A program made the translations under genes and the position numbers. The notes below the pieces were generated by a model. It ran no database searches. It saw only the letters and a program-made list of their open reading frames with translations, and had not been told where the DNA came from. From Nemertoderma westbladi (lineage: Eukaryota > Animalia > Xenacoelomorpha): a stretch of DNA of 49,222 nt. Below, in pieces: positions 1-11,960 of the stretch (within the stretch, counting starts at the first letter, position 1; every line of letters starts with the position of its first letter). The stretch is from positions 1 to 49,222 of the forward strand of contig JAUCBJ010003279.1 of NCBI GenBank assembly GCA_032718475.1, written 5' to 3'.

Positions 1-54
1 ACTTCTGCAATAAGGTACTGAAGCAGTAGGAGACAGGATTCTGGGGTCGATAAC
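1..54 (-). CDS. FAM98: FAM98 coding exon 4 (partial, runs off window)
   Basis: Minus-strand acceptor tttcacAG at 55-57. The phase-2 join AG|G gives R-LSTPESCLLLLQYLIAEV, resembling recalled FAM98A RLLIQKNCLLLLTYLISEL. Confidence 0.85.
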
Positions 55-234
55 CTGTGAAAGGTGATAATAGATTAGTTATTCAAATCTAAATCAGAGA
101 TAGTGTTATTATTATGATTATGAATAAATAGTTAAATTCCGACATGGTGGCCGATTCTGTAAACTCGATAAAAAAAAGTTGTATGAAAATTGTAAGTTAT
201 ATTCAATTATCAAGCTAGGGGAGACAATGAGACA

Positions 235-380
235 CCTCCAATGTTGTATAGTGTCTGATTGGAGATGTGTTCATTGTACTTGACACAATGAACCCGGCGC
301 AGCATTCTTGTGAATGTGCCATCCAGAGATATGGTATCACAGTTAGAGTCCAGCAAGGACTCCAATATAAAAGTACTGGT
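235..380 (-). mobile_element. Degenerate RTE-like non-LTR retrotransposon (LINE) 3' fragment
   Basis: Minus strand reads PVLLY..CWTLT, then after a frameshift LDGTFTRMLRRV..V.YNEHISNQTLY, typical of the RTE-clade post-RT region. Confidence 0.65.
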
Positions 381-1394
381 ACTACTGCAGCCCTAATAAT
401 CGAACCTTGAGGTTCCTTTTTATTCTATGGGACTTCCAAATCCTGGACAAACTAAACTATTCCATGCTGCCGATGCCTACACAAACTATGCATGCATGCA
501 TAAACCCGAACGGTCTTATAATAATCACTCATTGAAACACGAATCTTTCAATAACTTAGCAGCTAAACTCATTGCCCTACTAAACTAAATATAATAGCTC
601 GAAAGTACTACTACTACTCCTAGATTCTAAATTGGCACATTCATAAAAATTCATAAAATACTAGAGTCGGGCCCAAGGGCCCCGATAAGGAACCGACCTT
701 CTAGGCACATTTACTAACTAAAAAATCATTCAGCTGGCCTGCTATTCGCAGTATACCGGCGTCACCTCACACTGTTATAGCTGTCTTCCAGTGCCAGTAG
801 GTATTAAAATGTTTGACACTCTATTCCATTTTATCACCCATAGCAATATAGTTAGTAACCTTCTTTGTAGATCTTCCCATAGGATTCACTGGGGAGAGCT
901 ATCAGCTGAAAGGATAATACATTACAAACCCAGAGTTTATGTTTGTTTACTGTCTGGAAGAGAATGAGAGAGTACTCTGCAGTTTGGGCCTATCCATCTA
1001 TTGAATAGCATTACTGAGGCCCTCATTATAAATTTTCATGATCTGGTGTTTTTATCATTGCGCCTATGGCGTTTTTCGATGTCGTTTCATTTGTCGAGCC
1101 CTGAGGCTATGGACGGAGTAGTCGATTATGCCAGGTACCTTAGAATCTGGCCAGAACGCCGTTGAAAATATTACATCGAATCTTAGTTTTGGCTGGAAAT
1201 CAATCAGTCAGTCAGTGAGTCAGCCACGAGTCCGGTCCTAATAACGGATGTACTGATAAAACCCCATTATTGCTAATTTAAGTTATTTGGTTTAAGTTGT
1301 GGGTTTAGCGGAGCACATTGTTAATCAAAGGTCAAGCACATTATTGAGTTGAAAATCGATTGCTTATTAGAGTTACAGATAGCTGATTACTCTC

Positions 1395-1536
1395 TAAAAT
1401 AAAACTGTAAACTGTTCTATTGTGTTTAGTTTATTGTTTTGGTTAAAATAACGTGCCACTGTAACCTGCTCCTTTCTCTAAATTGAGATTTAACATTGAT
1501 GCGGGATATTAATTCGCCAAGATGGGATTTTCGTCC

Positions 1537-1567
<31 letters not shown>
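1395..1567. mobile_element. Right half of a MITE, same family as 46836-47098
   Basis: About 140 bp nearly identical to 46947-47088, including the ttattgttttggtta...ctgtaacctgctccttt core; ends cgtccagt-poly(C). Confidence 0.65.
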
Positions 1568-3395
1568 GTCTCTAAAGTTGATTTCATTCAACCCGAGTTG
1601 CTAAAAACGGATTAAATTGAATTTATTACAAGTATCAAATACGTACTGCAGCAATATAAGTCACTGTGCAAACAAATATTGTACTTTCTGTTTTGGTCGG
1701 CCTCCACCATACGAGTTTCGAATTCAATTTAGGAGAATGAACGAGGTACAACATTCTGTTTGAAATAATGTTTCGAGAAGCCGTTACAGTTGATCGTTGG
1801 ATCAACTAGAAAGCCGTGGCCTTCGATCACTAGATTTCTAGTTAATTATTATAGTTGCTGCTGCCCAATCATATATAATTGACATTATATTTAATAAGGA
1901 GCCAATAATACAGAAGTAAGTAGTTATTAATTAACAATAAACTTACTATAAATGGAGAAAAATAATTATGGTATTTTGTTCGCATTCTTCGGGTGATATA
2001 AATTTGCTTTCAAATATTAGAGACTTTGGGACATAATAGGTAGGTAGTCCATAGCGATAGGCTAGGAATGTTATTCGATAAGAAAAAAAAAAGTATCGGA
2101 AAGAAGCAACTTTTTGCCACTAATTTTAATTGACCGAAATTCAATTATTCTGCCTGAGTTTTCCTGTTTTTCCATCGAGTGCAAAACTCAATAAAATTTT
2201 TGAATTTCCGTCATAATTATTGTATAATTTATCTGAATTTCGGCTAACTGAAGTTAAGTGACAAGGAGTTCTTTCGACACGTTTTTTTAATTGGAGTCAT
2301 TTCATCTGAAAAATGTAACTATTTTCTGGTATTGATTGATGCGGAATAGGCCTACTGCAGTACCGGTAAAGGAAACAACTCTAATAATTAATTGTCAATA
2401 CGATAGGGCCTATAATTTTTATGAATAATCATTAAAATGGTGTAAACAAATTGTACTTTAAGTTACAAAATATATAATTCAAGCCGTGTGCAAATTCTCA
2501 TGAAGCGCAATTATTTCGATAAACAGAAAACCACAATAATATATCCTCTTCAATGAAGAGGATTATTACCGGTAGGCCCTATCTCTTATCTGTATTGTAA
2601 ATCTGTATTGTGTATCTGAAAAAATTGTGCGCTAAATGCTTTCGGCGTACATTCCCTACTTAGCAGAATGGTATTAAATGGTACCGTCATTATGTAAAAC
2701 ATCCTATAACTGTAAAACATAATGACGTTATGTCATAAAATGCCAAACAACTAAAATTCACGCTTTTGAACATTAAGCGGTATATTCTAGAAATTCTGGA
2801 AACTTTTAGGAGATTGAGCAAGTTCACAAAATTATTATTTTTTAATTTTTTACCAAGTGGGACGTACATGAAGGCTGGAGAAAGTAAAATATACACTTTA
2901 AAAATTTGCCCTATAGATGGAATCACCCTACTCTTCATCAGGTTCCACAGATATGAAAATGCGGTATCCAGTGTATCTTACTACAAAAATATTATTTCAG
3001 ATTGATCTCTATTGAAATATTTATGGATACTAATTTACGAAAATTTGCTGCTACAACCGGTTCTCAAACATAATAGCACAGTATCTGTGCTCTAGCGCTC
3101 CGTGGTAGAAAGACTTTTTGTCACTATTTTAGCGGTAGAAAGTGATAATAGTGCGCGAAAGCACTACTTTCTTGCACTGTTTTCTAGAAAATTTAGTGAA
3201 AAAAGTCGATTTTTCAGATAAGATAAATATAACAATAATGTAATTTAAGTTAATAAACATTTAGATAAATCCAACGGTGACGAAAATAATTATTACAATC
3301 GTAAGACTGAAATTAATTCACGAATTGGGTCTTATTTTGCATTAAAATTTAGCCGTATAAAAATTGATTGAATTCATAATAAGCGAACAGTAGAC

Positions 3396-4262
3396 ATGAC
3401 GTACAATTACTTGTTTGTTAAATTCATACTAATTATTAGCGTGAATGAGGGGATATTGCAACGTCGTGTGTGTGAAGATATCACCATCCCAATGTGTCGC
3501 GATATCGGATACAATATGACTTCAACCCCAAATGCACTCGGCCACAGAACCCAAGAAGAGGCCGGTTTGGAGGCACATATGTTTTGGCCTTTGGTTGAAA
3601 TCGAATGCAGCGATGATTTACAATTATTTCTGTGCCGCGTTTACGCCCCCGAGTGCACAGAACAGACTACAATAAAGGGATATATTATCCCCCCGTGTAG
3701 ATCTTTGTGTGAAAGCGCTAAAGGTGGGTGCGAGCAAGTGATGAACCAATACGGGTTCGTTTGGCCTCGTCAGTTAGACTGCGAATTATTCCCGCCAGAC
3801 GACGACGAAAATGATGAATGTTCTGGTGGGAACAATGTGAATGGGGAACAAGTGAATGGGAAAAGCGACAATCAGCTGGAGGACCTCCAATGGGAAGATA
3901 ATGTCTGTGAGAACATCACCATAAGTATGTGCAACCACTTGGATTACTCTTACACAAGGACACGGAGTAGTTTGGCTGAACAAGAAGCTGAATTGAAGAT
4001 TCAGCAGTTTATACCGCTAATCCTATCGGGGTGCAGCCCAGATTTACACAACTTTCTCTGCTACATCTACGCCCCTATATGTAGCTTCCTCGGTGTAGCT
4101 ATACCGCCCTGTAGGGGGTTGTGTATGAACGCCAAGGAAGGCTGCGAGCCTCTATTAAACCAACTGGGATTCCTCTGGCCCACCGAACTGGATTGCCAAG
4201 AGTTCCCCGATGTATCTACGCCGACCGCGCTGTGCATGCGACCTTTAGCTATCCAACCTTAG
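3396..4262 (+). CDS. Intronless secreted protein with two tandem Frizzled cysteine-rich domains (no 7TM, no NTR); nested antisense in FAM98 intron 3
   Basis: 288-aa ORF with a hydrophobic N-terminus and two 10-Cys Fz CRDs (CEDITIPMC..GYNMT..QEEAGLE..FWPLVEIECS..; CENITISMC..FIPLILSGCSPDL..FLC..YAPIC..PPCR.LC..GF.WP..LDC). An acidic/Asn-Gly linker joins them and the stop follows CRD2. Confidence 0.9.
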   Translation: MTYNYLFVKFILIISVNEGILQRRVCEDITIPMCRDIGYNMTSTPNALGHRTQEEAGLEAHMFWPLVEIECSDDLQLFLCRVYAPECTEQTTIKGYIIPPCRSLCESAKGGCEQVMNQYGFVWPRQLDCELFPPDDDENDECSGGNNVNGEQVNGKSDNQLEDLQWEDNVCENITISMCNHLDYSYTRTRSSLAEQEAELKIQQFIPLILSGCSPDLHNFLCYIYAPICSFLGVAIPPCRGLCMNAKEGCEPLLNQLGFLWPTELDCQEFPDVSTPTALCMRPLAIQP

Positions 4263-4337
4263 GTTATTTATAAAAACAACTGACTCGTTTGTATATTAAT
4301 AGGTAGGAATGGAGGTGGTGGAAAAACCCTACAATTA

Positions 4338-4582
4338 GTTTATTGTTCCTTAGCAACCCACCATTGGTTTACTGTTCCCTAGCAACCCACCTTTGGTTTA
4401 CTGTTCCCTAGCAACCCACCTTTGGTTTACTGTTCCCTAGCAACCCACCTTTGGTTTACTGTTCCCTAGCAACCCACCTTTGGTTTACTGTTCCCTAGCA
4501 ACCCACCTTTGGTTTACTGTTCCCTAGCAACCCACCTTTGGTTTACTGTTCCCTAGCAACCCACCTTTGGTTTACTGCTCCC
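4338..4582 (-). repeat. 29-bp tandem repeat (8 copies) of the FAM98 exon-3 end plus 5' splice donor
   Basis: Minus-strand unit GAACAGTAAACCAAAG|GTGGGTTGCTAGG; caacccacc at 4354, 4383, 4412, 4441, 4470, 4499, 4528, 4557. The copy at 4557-4582 overlaps the real exon end. Confidence 0.92.
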
Positions 4583-4697
4583 GACGTAAGGCACGAATGA
4601 GGACAATAGATCTCCTTTAAGAAACCACTCGTTTCCATGACAAAATCGTCACAGCGATATTCGTCGGACGACACAGATGTTATCGCTCCTTCCAGTC
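4565..4697 (-). CDS. FAM98: FAM98 coding exon 3
   Basis: ccctcAG|...|GTgggt, 133 bp. GLEGAITSVSSDEYRCDDFVMETSGFLKEIYCPHSCLTSGAVNQR resembles recalled KLEENVQATNSPSEAEEFQLEVSGLLGEMNCPYLSLTSGDVTKR; phases agree with both neighbours. Confidence 0.9.
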
Positions 4698-4944
4698 CTG
4701 AGGGAGGAGAATAAACTAAAGTTTTACGCTATGTATTAAACTAACGCTATATAATTCCAAAATTGTTATGCTTCAGTTTCGCATCAATGGTTAATAAACA
4801 ACATAAACATAAACTAATTATTCTTAAAGTATTTTTTGAAGTTTCTACATAAAATATACCCGGTACGAGTACATTGAATAATCAAAACTTTACATGACCG
4901 ACAAACCATAGTAGCAGTAGAGTCTAACATAAAAAAACACTAAC

Positions 4945-5069
4945 CATTGAGGACTTTGAGTTGGTGAGACAACCAGACGCAAATAGTTGCAAATTGGTGA
5001 GTCGGACCGTCGCTGGTTAACAGTGAATCCGCTGTGGATTCCAATGAGAGCGAATTTATATGAGGGTAA
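4945..5069 (-). CDS. FAM98: FAM98 coding exon 2
   Basis: ttcttgcAG|...|GTtagt, 125 bp. YPHINSLSLESTADSLLTSDGPTHQFATICVWLSHQLKVLN resembles recalled FTKLCAWLVSELRVL. Confidence 0.88.
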
Positions 5070-5777
5070 CTGCAAGAAGAACTCATTGTAATCAATAAAA
5101 TAATACAGGTTACGTGTACTGTACACCAACACCATAAAAATATCCTGGAATGATTTCTACAAAGATTAAAATGAGTGCATGGAATTAGAAAACATAGTTT
5201 CACCTCTTCCTCCTCCGTGGGTGAATCAGAATTTTTGCTTTCAATCTTTCGCTACAAGTGTTTGAAATACTGAAATAGGTGTCTGACTGTCTGTTTCCGT
5301 CGACATTGAACAAGTTCCACTGAACCTGTTTTTCTAGATTATGTTGATTTGTTGGTACCGACCGATGGAGAGCTGGCCATGAAGGGTGTCAATTACCGGT
5401 CACTTACCAAACCAAGAACCAGCTAACTCTGCTGCTCTGTCAGTCTGTACTGCTGTAACTCTGAACTCCAACCGGCGAACCTGGTTAGACAACCCGACAT
5501 CCGGATCCGGACATGTTAATATACACTAGGCCTGTAGGCGGTAGGCCCTACAGCCCTATTATCAGATTATACGGCCCCTATACAGACAGATAGCCTACCG
5601 TATACCAAAATCCAAACATACCGGTACTAGCAGACCAGTACCGTAGTTTAGTACGGTAACGGTACCTGCACCTGCGGTAGTCTCAGTGTAGAACCGGTAG
5701 TTGTACAGTTGTACCGGTACTGTCAGACTGTTGTAGTTAAATTACACTGCACTACGCAGCTACGGTTAAAAACAAAC

Positions 5778-5845
5778 CTCAAATCCTTCAGCGATTCAGC
5801 TACACATTCCCAGGGTCCTATTGGTAACTCATCAATACCCGTCAT
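5778..5845 (-). CDS. FAM98: FAM98 coding exon 1
   Basis: ATG at 5845; MTGIDELPIGPWECVAESLKDL-S(AG|T)Y resembles recalled ILESLEDLGY. Donor GTttgt; phase 2 matches exon 2. Confidence 0.8.
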
Positions 5846-5981
5846 TTCGTCGCTTTTAAACTTTATGGGTCAACAACATAGGCCTATACCTGTATCTGTG
5901 TATACACAGCAGTTATCAGTAGGCCTACCCTGGCACCTGGCAGCCCGGTACCATGGCCTACTATAACAAGTCCCTAAAAGG

Positions 5982-7064
5982 ACGAGGCGTTAAAGTCTAT
6001 ACAAATCAATCCAGGGTTCAGCCAATCACAAAGGAGATGACATAGGCCTATTACAACTGAATGTGGATTGATTTGTATGGGCTTTAATGACCACCCACGT
6101 TCTGTTAGAATCTATACATTTCAATTTTTTTACTTATAATTTAAATTATAAGTTCAAGTCAACTGTATAGGCTATGCTGATATGAAAGGATATGAAAAAT
6201 CTTTGCTAGACACTCTCATACTTGTTCTACATTATTATAATTATAGATACATATGTTATGCTTATAGTAAATTAACAGGTTAATTTATCAGCAAGCAACA
6301 GCAAACCATTATCTGAAAGCCGCAGAACATTTAATCATATACGTACAGTATAAAATGTACAGTCAGATACAGTTAGTTAATGCGTAATCATGATCGCGGC
6401 CCTGTCCAATTACAACCGGCTGCAATCGATTGAGATATGCAGACATACTATTTTGTTCCATGTTAGTCGGTCTTAGGTATTTCTTCTTTTCTCTAATTTG
6501 TTTTTTTCGCGTTGTGTACAATTGCCGTCGGATTTAGGAAATTCGGCGGTATACTGGGTGATAATTCGTTTATTATTAGGCGACTTTGTGAGTAGTGGTA
6601 ATCGATGTGTTAAGGATTTTATAATGTTGTCAATGGCATTGTGAGCCATTAATTTATTGCTGTGCGTAATTTTCGGGTTGTGCAATAAAGCATTCAGTTT
6701 GTTCAGACGAGGCAGGGGGTACCCTACCTCCTTAGACGTAGACATGGCGGAGGTAGCCTCCCAGAACTGTTTAGGGATTTCAGAATCTTCTTAGACCATC
6801 TTCCATCTAAGACCAGAAATTTCAGAAGTTTAAGACCGTTCTAAGACCATCTTACTTACTTTAGTACTATTATTGGAAATAGTAGTGGGAAAACAGTATT
6901 TAAATAAAAATAATTAATAATTGAAATGTATAGATTCTAACAGAACATGGGTGGTCATTAAAGTCTATACAAATCAATCCACATTCATTTGTAATAGGCC
7001 CTACGTCATCTCCTTTGTGATTGGCTGAAACCTGGATTGATTTGTATAGACTTTAACGCCTCGT
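5982..7064. mobile_element. Non-autonomous long-TIR DNA element A (MULE-like), inserted in the TIR of element B
   Basis: TIRs of about 145 bp (5982-6126 / 6919-7064) beginning acgaggcgttaaagtctatacaaatc; 9-bp TSD cctaaaagg at 5973-5981 and 7065-7073. Exact ends are ambiguous by 1-2 bp. Confidence 0.9.
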
Positions 7065-7314
7065 CCTAAAAGGTGCCACCCTGCTCCATAGCGCGGGAAA
7101 TTCAAATGATTGAAAGACATGTAATTTGTACTAGAAAGTGTGGCAGATCAGATCTGCCACCTATATTTTGGCGGTAAATTCAAATCTGTTTTAACATTGA
7201 ATACCCTACACGAAGAGAGTAAGACTAAATGTAATTCATTGAATCAGAATAAATTATTTCTTATCGGTTTAACTCACTCATCCATCATCCGTTATTGTTG
7301 TTGTTTTAACTATT

Positions 7315-7546
7315 CTGGGGCTTCGAGCAGCACGTGAACAACTAAGCTGACTGGTTAACTAGTCTAGAACTTCGATCAGCACGTGAACAACTAACCTGAC
7401 TGGTTAACTAGTCTGGGACTTCGAGCAGCACGTGAACAACTAAGCTGACTGGTTAAATAGTCTGGGACTTCGAGCAGCACGTGAACAACTAAGCTGACTG
7501 GTTAACTAGTCTGGGACTTCGAGCAGCACGTGAACAACTAAACTGA
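7315..7546 (+). repeat. 49-bp subterminal tandem repeat (about 4.7 copies) inside element B
   Basis: Unit ctgggacttcgagcagcacgtgaacaactaagctgactggttaactagt; about 1.3 inverted copies at 7898-7962. Confidence 0.85.
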
Positions 7547-8776
7547 ACTGTTATTACAGTCTGACAGTAGAAGTACTGTAAGTACTACTACAGTAAGAAG
7601 TTTACTGTATGAATAAGTCTACTGCTCTAGCTCCTTGACCTTTTAGTACGTACACACGTACATTATGCAGCACACTGTGTACAGTTTGTGATGGAAATAT
7701 TATAATTCTGTAATTTGAATCAACCGCCAAAAATATATCAATTCACTGCGTCTTTCTATCATCTATCCACTTGAAATCTACTATTAACATACTAGGTATA
7801 AGTGTATAATTGTTATGATTATAATGTTCTATACTTTACTGGGATAGAAGTTAAGCCAAATCACCCGAGCCGCCGCCCCCTCCTCAATTTTCAATTTTGC
7901 TCGAAGTCCCAGACTTGTTAACCAGTCAGCTTAATTGTTCACGTGCTGCTCGAAGCCCCAGAATAGATAAAACAACAACAATAACGGCGAGTGAATTAAA
8001 CCGATAAGAAATAATTTATTCTGATTCAATGAATTACATTAGTCTTACTCCATTCATGCAGTCATGTATTCAAAGTTAAAACAGATTTGAATTTACCGCC
8101 AAAATATAGGTGGCAGATCTGATCTACCACCCTTTCTGCTTTTGGCCTTTGCAGTATAAATTACATGTCTTTCAATCATTTGAATTTCCCGCGCTATGGA
8201 GCAGGGTGGCACCTTTTAGGGACTTGTGCCTACTATATATACGGCCTAACAAGCTACTGCGGCCTCTTAAAAAAAAGAGGCCATTATTTACATTCGCAGC
8301 ATTATTAATTATTGTCCTTATTTGAATACAGTAACAATATTATTCATATCCCGCGATGTGGTGCGAGCCATGCAGGTGGCAATCTGAGCATACAAGTACT
8401 GTTATGAGTATCAGCGATTGTGGAGCGAGCCACAAAGACAGCAATCTTAGCATAAAATCACTACATATTAGTGTTAAGCCTTGTCGTGAAAAATATGGAG
8501 TTTAAGTAGAATAGGACAACACCTGTAAAGACAGACATAAATATGGACACACCAGTTCCATGGACCACCGCTTGATGGCTATTACGTGATTTTTTCAAAC
8601 TCTTATAAGTCGGTGTATGTATAGAGATTCGTTTTATGTGTGGGTATTTTTGAATTTGAAATACCGGTTAAAATAAATAAATGTTGCTAATTATTACTTG
8701 TATTACGTGTTAATTATTTATTTGGTCAATAATAATTATTATAGCACATTACACAGTTCAGCACAATCTAAAACTA

Positions 8777-9887
8777 TCACACATTTTTTTGCCTCTGCCG
8801 CTGTTTAAATCGGGCTACACTTTGCTCACGCCGTATGCTTGTAAAATGTCTCTGAGCATTATTAAAGTACACGTTTATAATAGTGCGGTGAATCAACCTC
8901 GATAATTGTTTATGTTTAGAACATAAAGATAGCATAGTCAATATGCCATATATATCTAAGAAGCGCATTGCAGCTGCACGGACGGGGACAGCGCAATCTT
9001 TTATTACTGAATCTATTACTTCCAATCTTGCAAAACACGACGCAATTGATTCTAAAAACTCAGTAGATGGTTTCTTTAATCCGCCTCGATTAATAGCCTC
9101 GAAATAACCACTACAATCTGATGTATTTTTATCAATTACAGACTGGATATTTGTACAATCCTTACGAGAGATTTGTACAATCCTAATGAGTTTTCCACCT
9201 TTCTTATGTTCCAGTTTACGAATAATGAATCCTGCAATATACTGAACTACCTCCATACTTTCCTTAGAAAGCTCAGCTGAGGCAATAGTATCTCTATACT
9301 CATTAAATTTCACAATTAAAGGAGACCAGTCAATGGGTTCCGCCTGGAGAATTTGGTTGATGGGATCTATACCTTCCTCTAATAATGTCAACAGTGAAAT
9401 AATACGTTCGGAAGTCTTCACTTCCCTGAGTGAGACGAGAAATCGTCCACCACTCATTTGCCGATATTTGGAGAACCTTAACTCGACTGGGTCTTGATTG
9501 TTTCTTCGAAGTAGAACATAATCATATCCATCATTTAGGAGGTCATCAGTCAAGTCGGCAACGCTCCGGCAAGATTGTGCGAATGCTTTACTGGTTTGAG
9601 GTGTCAACCCACAACCCTTCCACTTTACACATTGTAATCGCCATTTATCGATCCATGCAGCCAAATCACGGAGAAACTGCGGTTTGAGGTCGCCCATTAT
9701 AGCGGCGTTCCCCAATATATTATTTGGGTGATATCGCTGGTTCGAATTATTAATCACCCACCACTTATGAATGAGTCGCAAAAATTCAGTAGCCCCTTTT
9801 CGATTGGGGAAATATCTTGCCATTGCCGCCGTTGTCTTTTCGTCGAAGATTCCCAAGGCCAGTGAAACAGACTGTTTATTATTACCG
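8777..9887 (-). pseudogene. C-terminal half of a P-element/THAP9-like transposase
   Basis: Motifs GNNKQSVSLALGIFDE (in frame just upstream of the annotated ORF), QDPVELRFSKYRQMSGGRFLVSLREV, YIAGF and RGGLKKPS. No THAP domain; only about 270 bp separate it from the 5' terminus. Confidence 0.85.
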
Positions 9888-10769
9888 TTTATTATTACAA
9901 TCTACCCAGCTATCTATATACTACCATACCTGTATACAGGTATACCTACCACAGTATCACGACTGTACTGTCAGCAGTCAGACGACTGAGACTGTGTTAT
10001 GTACGAACAGATCAGTGTAAGCCAACTGCAAACTGCAGTACAGACTGCCACCTCAATAGGCTACTGCTGTACTGTACTGTACTGTTGAAATGAATGGCCT
10101 CTCTTTTTTAAGAGGCCGCAGTAGCTTGTTAGGCCGTATATATAGTAGGCCATGCTGGTACCCACATCCACAGTCTGACAGTACAGGTTGGAATTTATGT
10201 AGAGTTTGCTCAACATGTGTCGCACGCATTTAGGATCCTGGCGCGTAGAAACAAGGGCGTGTGGCGCGCATTGAGGATCCTGGCGCGCATATGGCTGTAT
10301 GGATTATGGATGTCGATGTCATGCTTTCAATGTACAGCAACAGTAGAAATTCACTGCCAACATATCCACGCTGCCACTCTACTTGAAATTATACCAGTCT
10401 GCCAGTCAGTAGGGTTCCCTATCCCGATCGGGATATATAAATATATCCCGATCGGGATATACCCTTATAAGGTAATATATCCCAATCGGGATATGTCAAT
10501 GTACATAACTGTCATTTACTACTGTATATTCTACTCTACTATGTAAAACTACAGTATATTTGGAAAACTAGAATGTCAATAAATATTATTAGAATGTGAA
10601 GTGAAGTCTGCACTGCTAACCAACTAAATCCACCTAAAAAAAAACGTGAAGAAAATGAAACCAGGATGACAATGGTAATGCATTCTGGCATTCGCCGATT
10701 CGCGCCTTGACACTGAATAATCTGTTGTGTCGGTAATTGACTGATTATGAACATGTTTAGAAGAAATCT

Positions 10770-11960
10770 GTCGTGCAGCACGTTTGATACTGAATCAATC
10801 CATTGAAACGTTTTAAGAGACCTTCATGCAGTATGTGAGATACTGAAACAATCAGTTGAAACTTTAAGAGACCTTCATGCAGCACATCTGCATCTGCAGT
10901 ACAAAATTGGAGTTGCGACATCCTGGCTGATTTGTGCGACCGATTTTATGGTAAAAACATGTCCAAGTCATCCGCATTCACGGTATATGGGATACTGAAA
11001 CAATTCGTTGAAATGTGTAAGAGAGAACAATCTGGCAGTCTGGTGAAACGTTTAAGAGACCTTCATGCAGCACATTGGCTGATTGGATTTGGATACTGAA
11101 ACAATCTATTGAAACGTTTAAGAGACCTTCATGCAGCACATTGGCTGATTGGATTTGGATACTGAAACAATCTATTGAAACGTTTAAGAGACCTTCATGC
11201 AGCACGTTAGATACTGAAACAATCTATTGAAACGTAAGAGACCTTCATGCAGCACGTTGGATACTGAAACAATCCATTGAAACGTTTAAGATACCATTGT
11301 GCAGCACTTTGGATACTGAAACAATATATTGAAACGTTTAAGATACCTTCATGCAGCACGTTGGATACTGAAACAATCTGTTTAAACGTTTAAGAGACCT
11401 TTGTGAAGCACATTGGATTCTGAAACATCTATTGAAACGTTTAAGATACCTTCATGCAGCACGTTGGATACTGAAACAATCTGTTGAAACGTTTAAGAGA
11501 CCTTCGCGCAGTATGTGAGATACTGAAACAATCCGTTGAATCATCTAAGAGACCTTCGTGCAGCATGTGGGTGTGGGGTACTCTTGTAACAATCTATTGA
11601 AACATTTAAGATACCTTCGCCCAGTATGCAGTATATGGGAAATTGAAACAATTCGTTGAAATGTGTAAGAGAGAACAATCTGGTGAAACGTTTAAGAGAC
11701 CTTCATGCAGCACATTGAATTTGGATACTGAAATAATCTATTGAAACGTTTAAGAGACCTTCATGCAGCACTTTGGATACTGAAACAATCTATCGAAACG
11801 TAAGAGACCTTCATGCAGCACGTTGGATACTGAAACAATCTGTTGAAACGTTTAAGAGACCTTCGTGCAGCACGTTTGATACTGAAACAATCTGTTGAAA
11901 CGTTTAAGAGACCTTCGCGCTGCAGCCTGTATGGGATACTGTAACAAACTGTTGAAATTT
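10770..11960 (+). repeat. About 52-bp minisatellite
   Basis: Unit gatactgaaacaatctattgaaacgtttaagagaccttcatgcagcacgttg, with variants. Confidence 0.9.

Larger units (their letters stand above)
5966..8227. mobile_element. Non-autonomous long-TIR DNA element B (MULE-like), inserted in the P-element TIR
   Basis: Termini acaagtccctaaaagg...ccttttagggacttgt; TIR of about 330 bp (5966-5981 plus 7074-~7390 vs ~7898-8227); 10-bp TSD gcctactata at 5956-5965 and 8228-8237. Confidence 0.88.
5952..10154 (-). mobile_element. Internally deleted P-element (THAP9-like) DNA transposon; left TIR interrupted by nested insertions
   Basis: 62-bp TIR CATGGCCTACTATATATACGGCC...GAGGCCATT (left copy split between 5952-5965 and 8228-8285; right 10093-10154; one mismatch). 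7-bp TSD ccggtac (5945-5951) / ctggtac (10155-10161). Contains a transposase remnant. Confidence 0.88.

Noticed and set aside
1-54. Alternative reading GYRPQNPVSYCFSTLLQK as a PAQR-family exon
   Set aside because: The other frame matches FAM98 and is in phase with the upstream FAM98 exon.
5100-5520. Extra FAM98 exons suggested by AG/GT signals in intron 1
   Set aside because: No frame gave FAM98 similarity, and exon 1 joins exon 2 in phase without them; alternative exons are not excluded.
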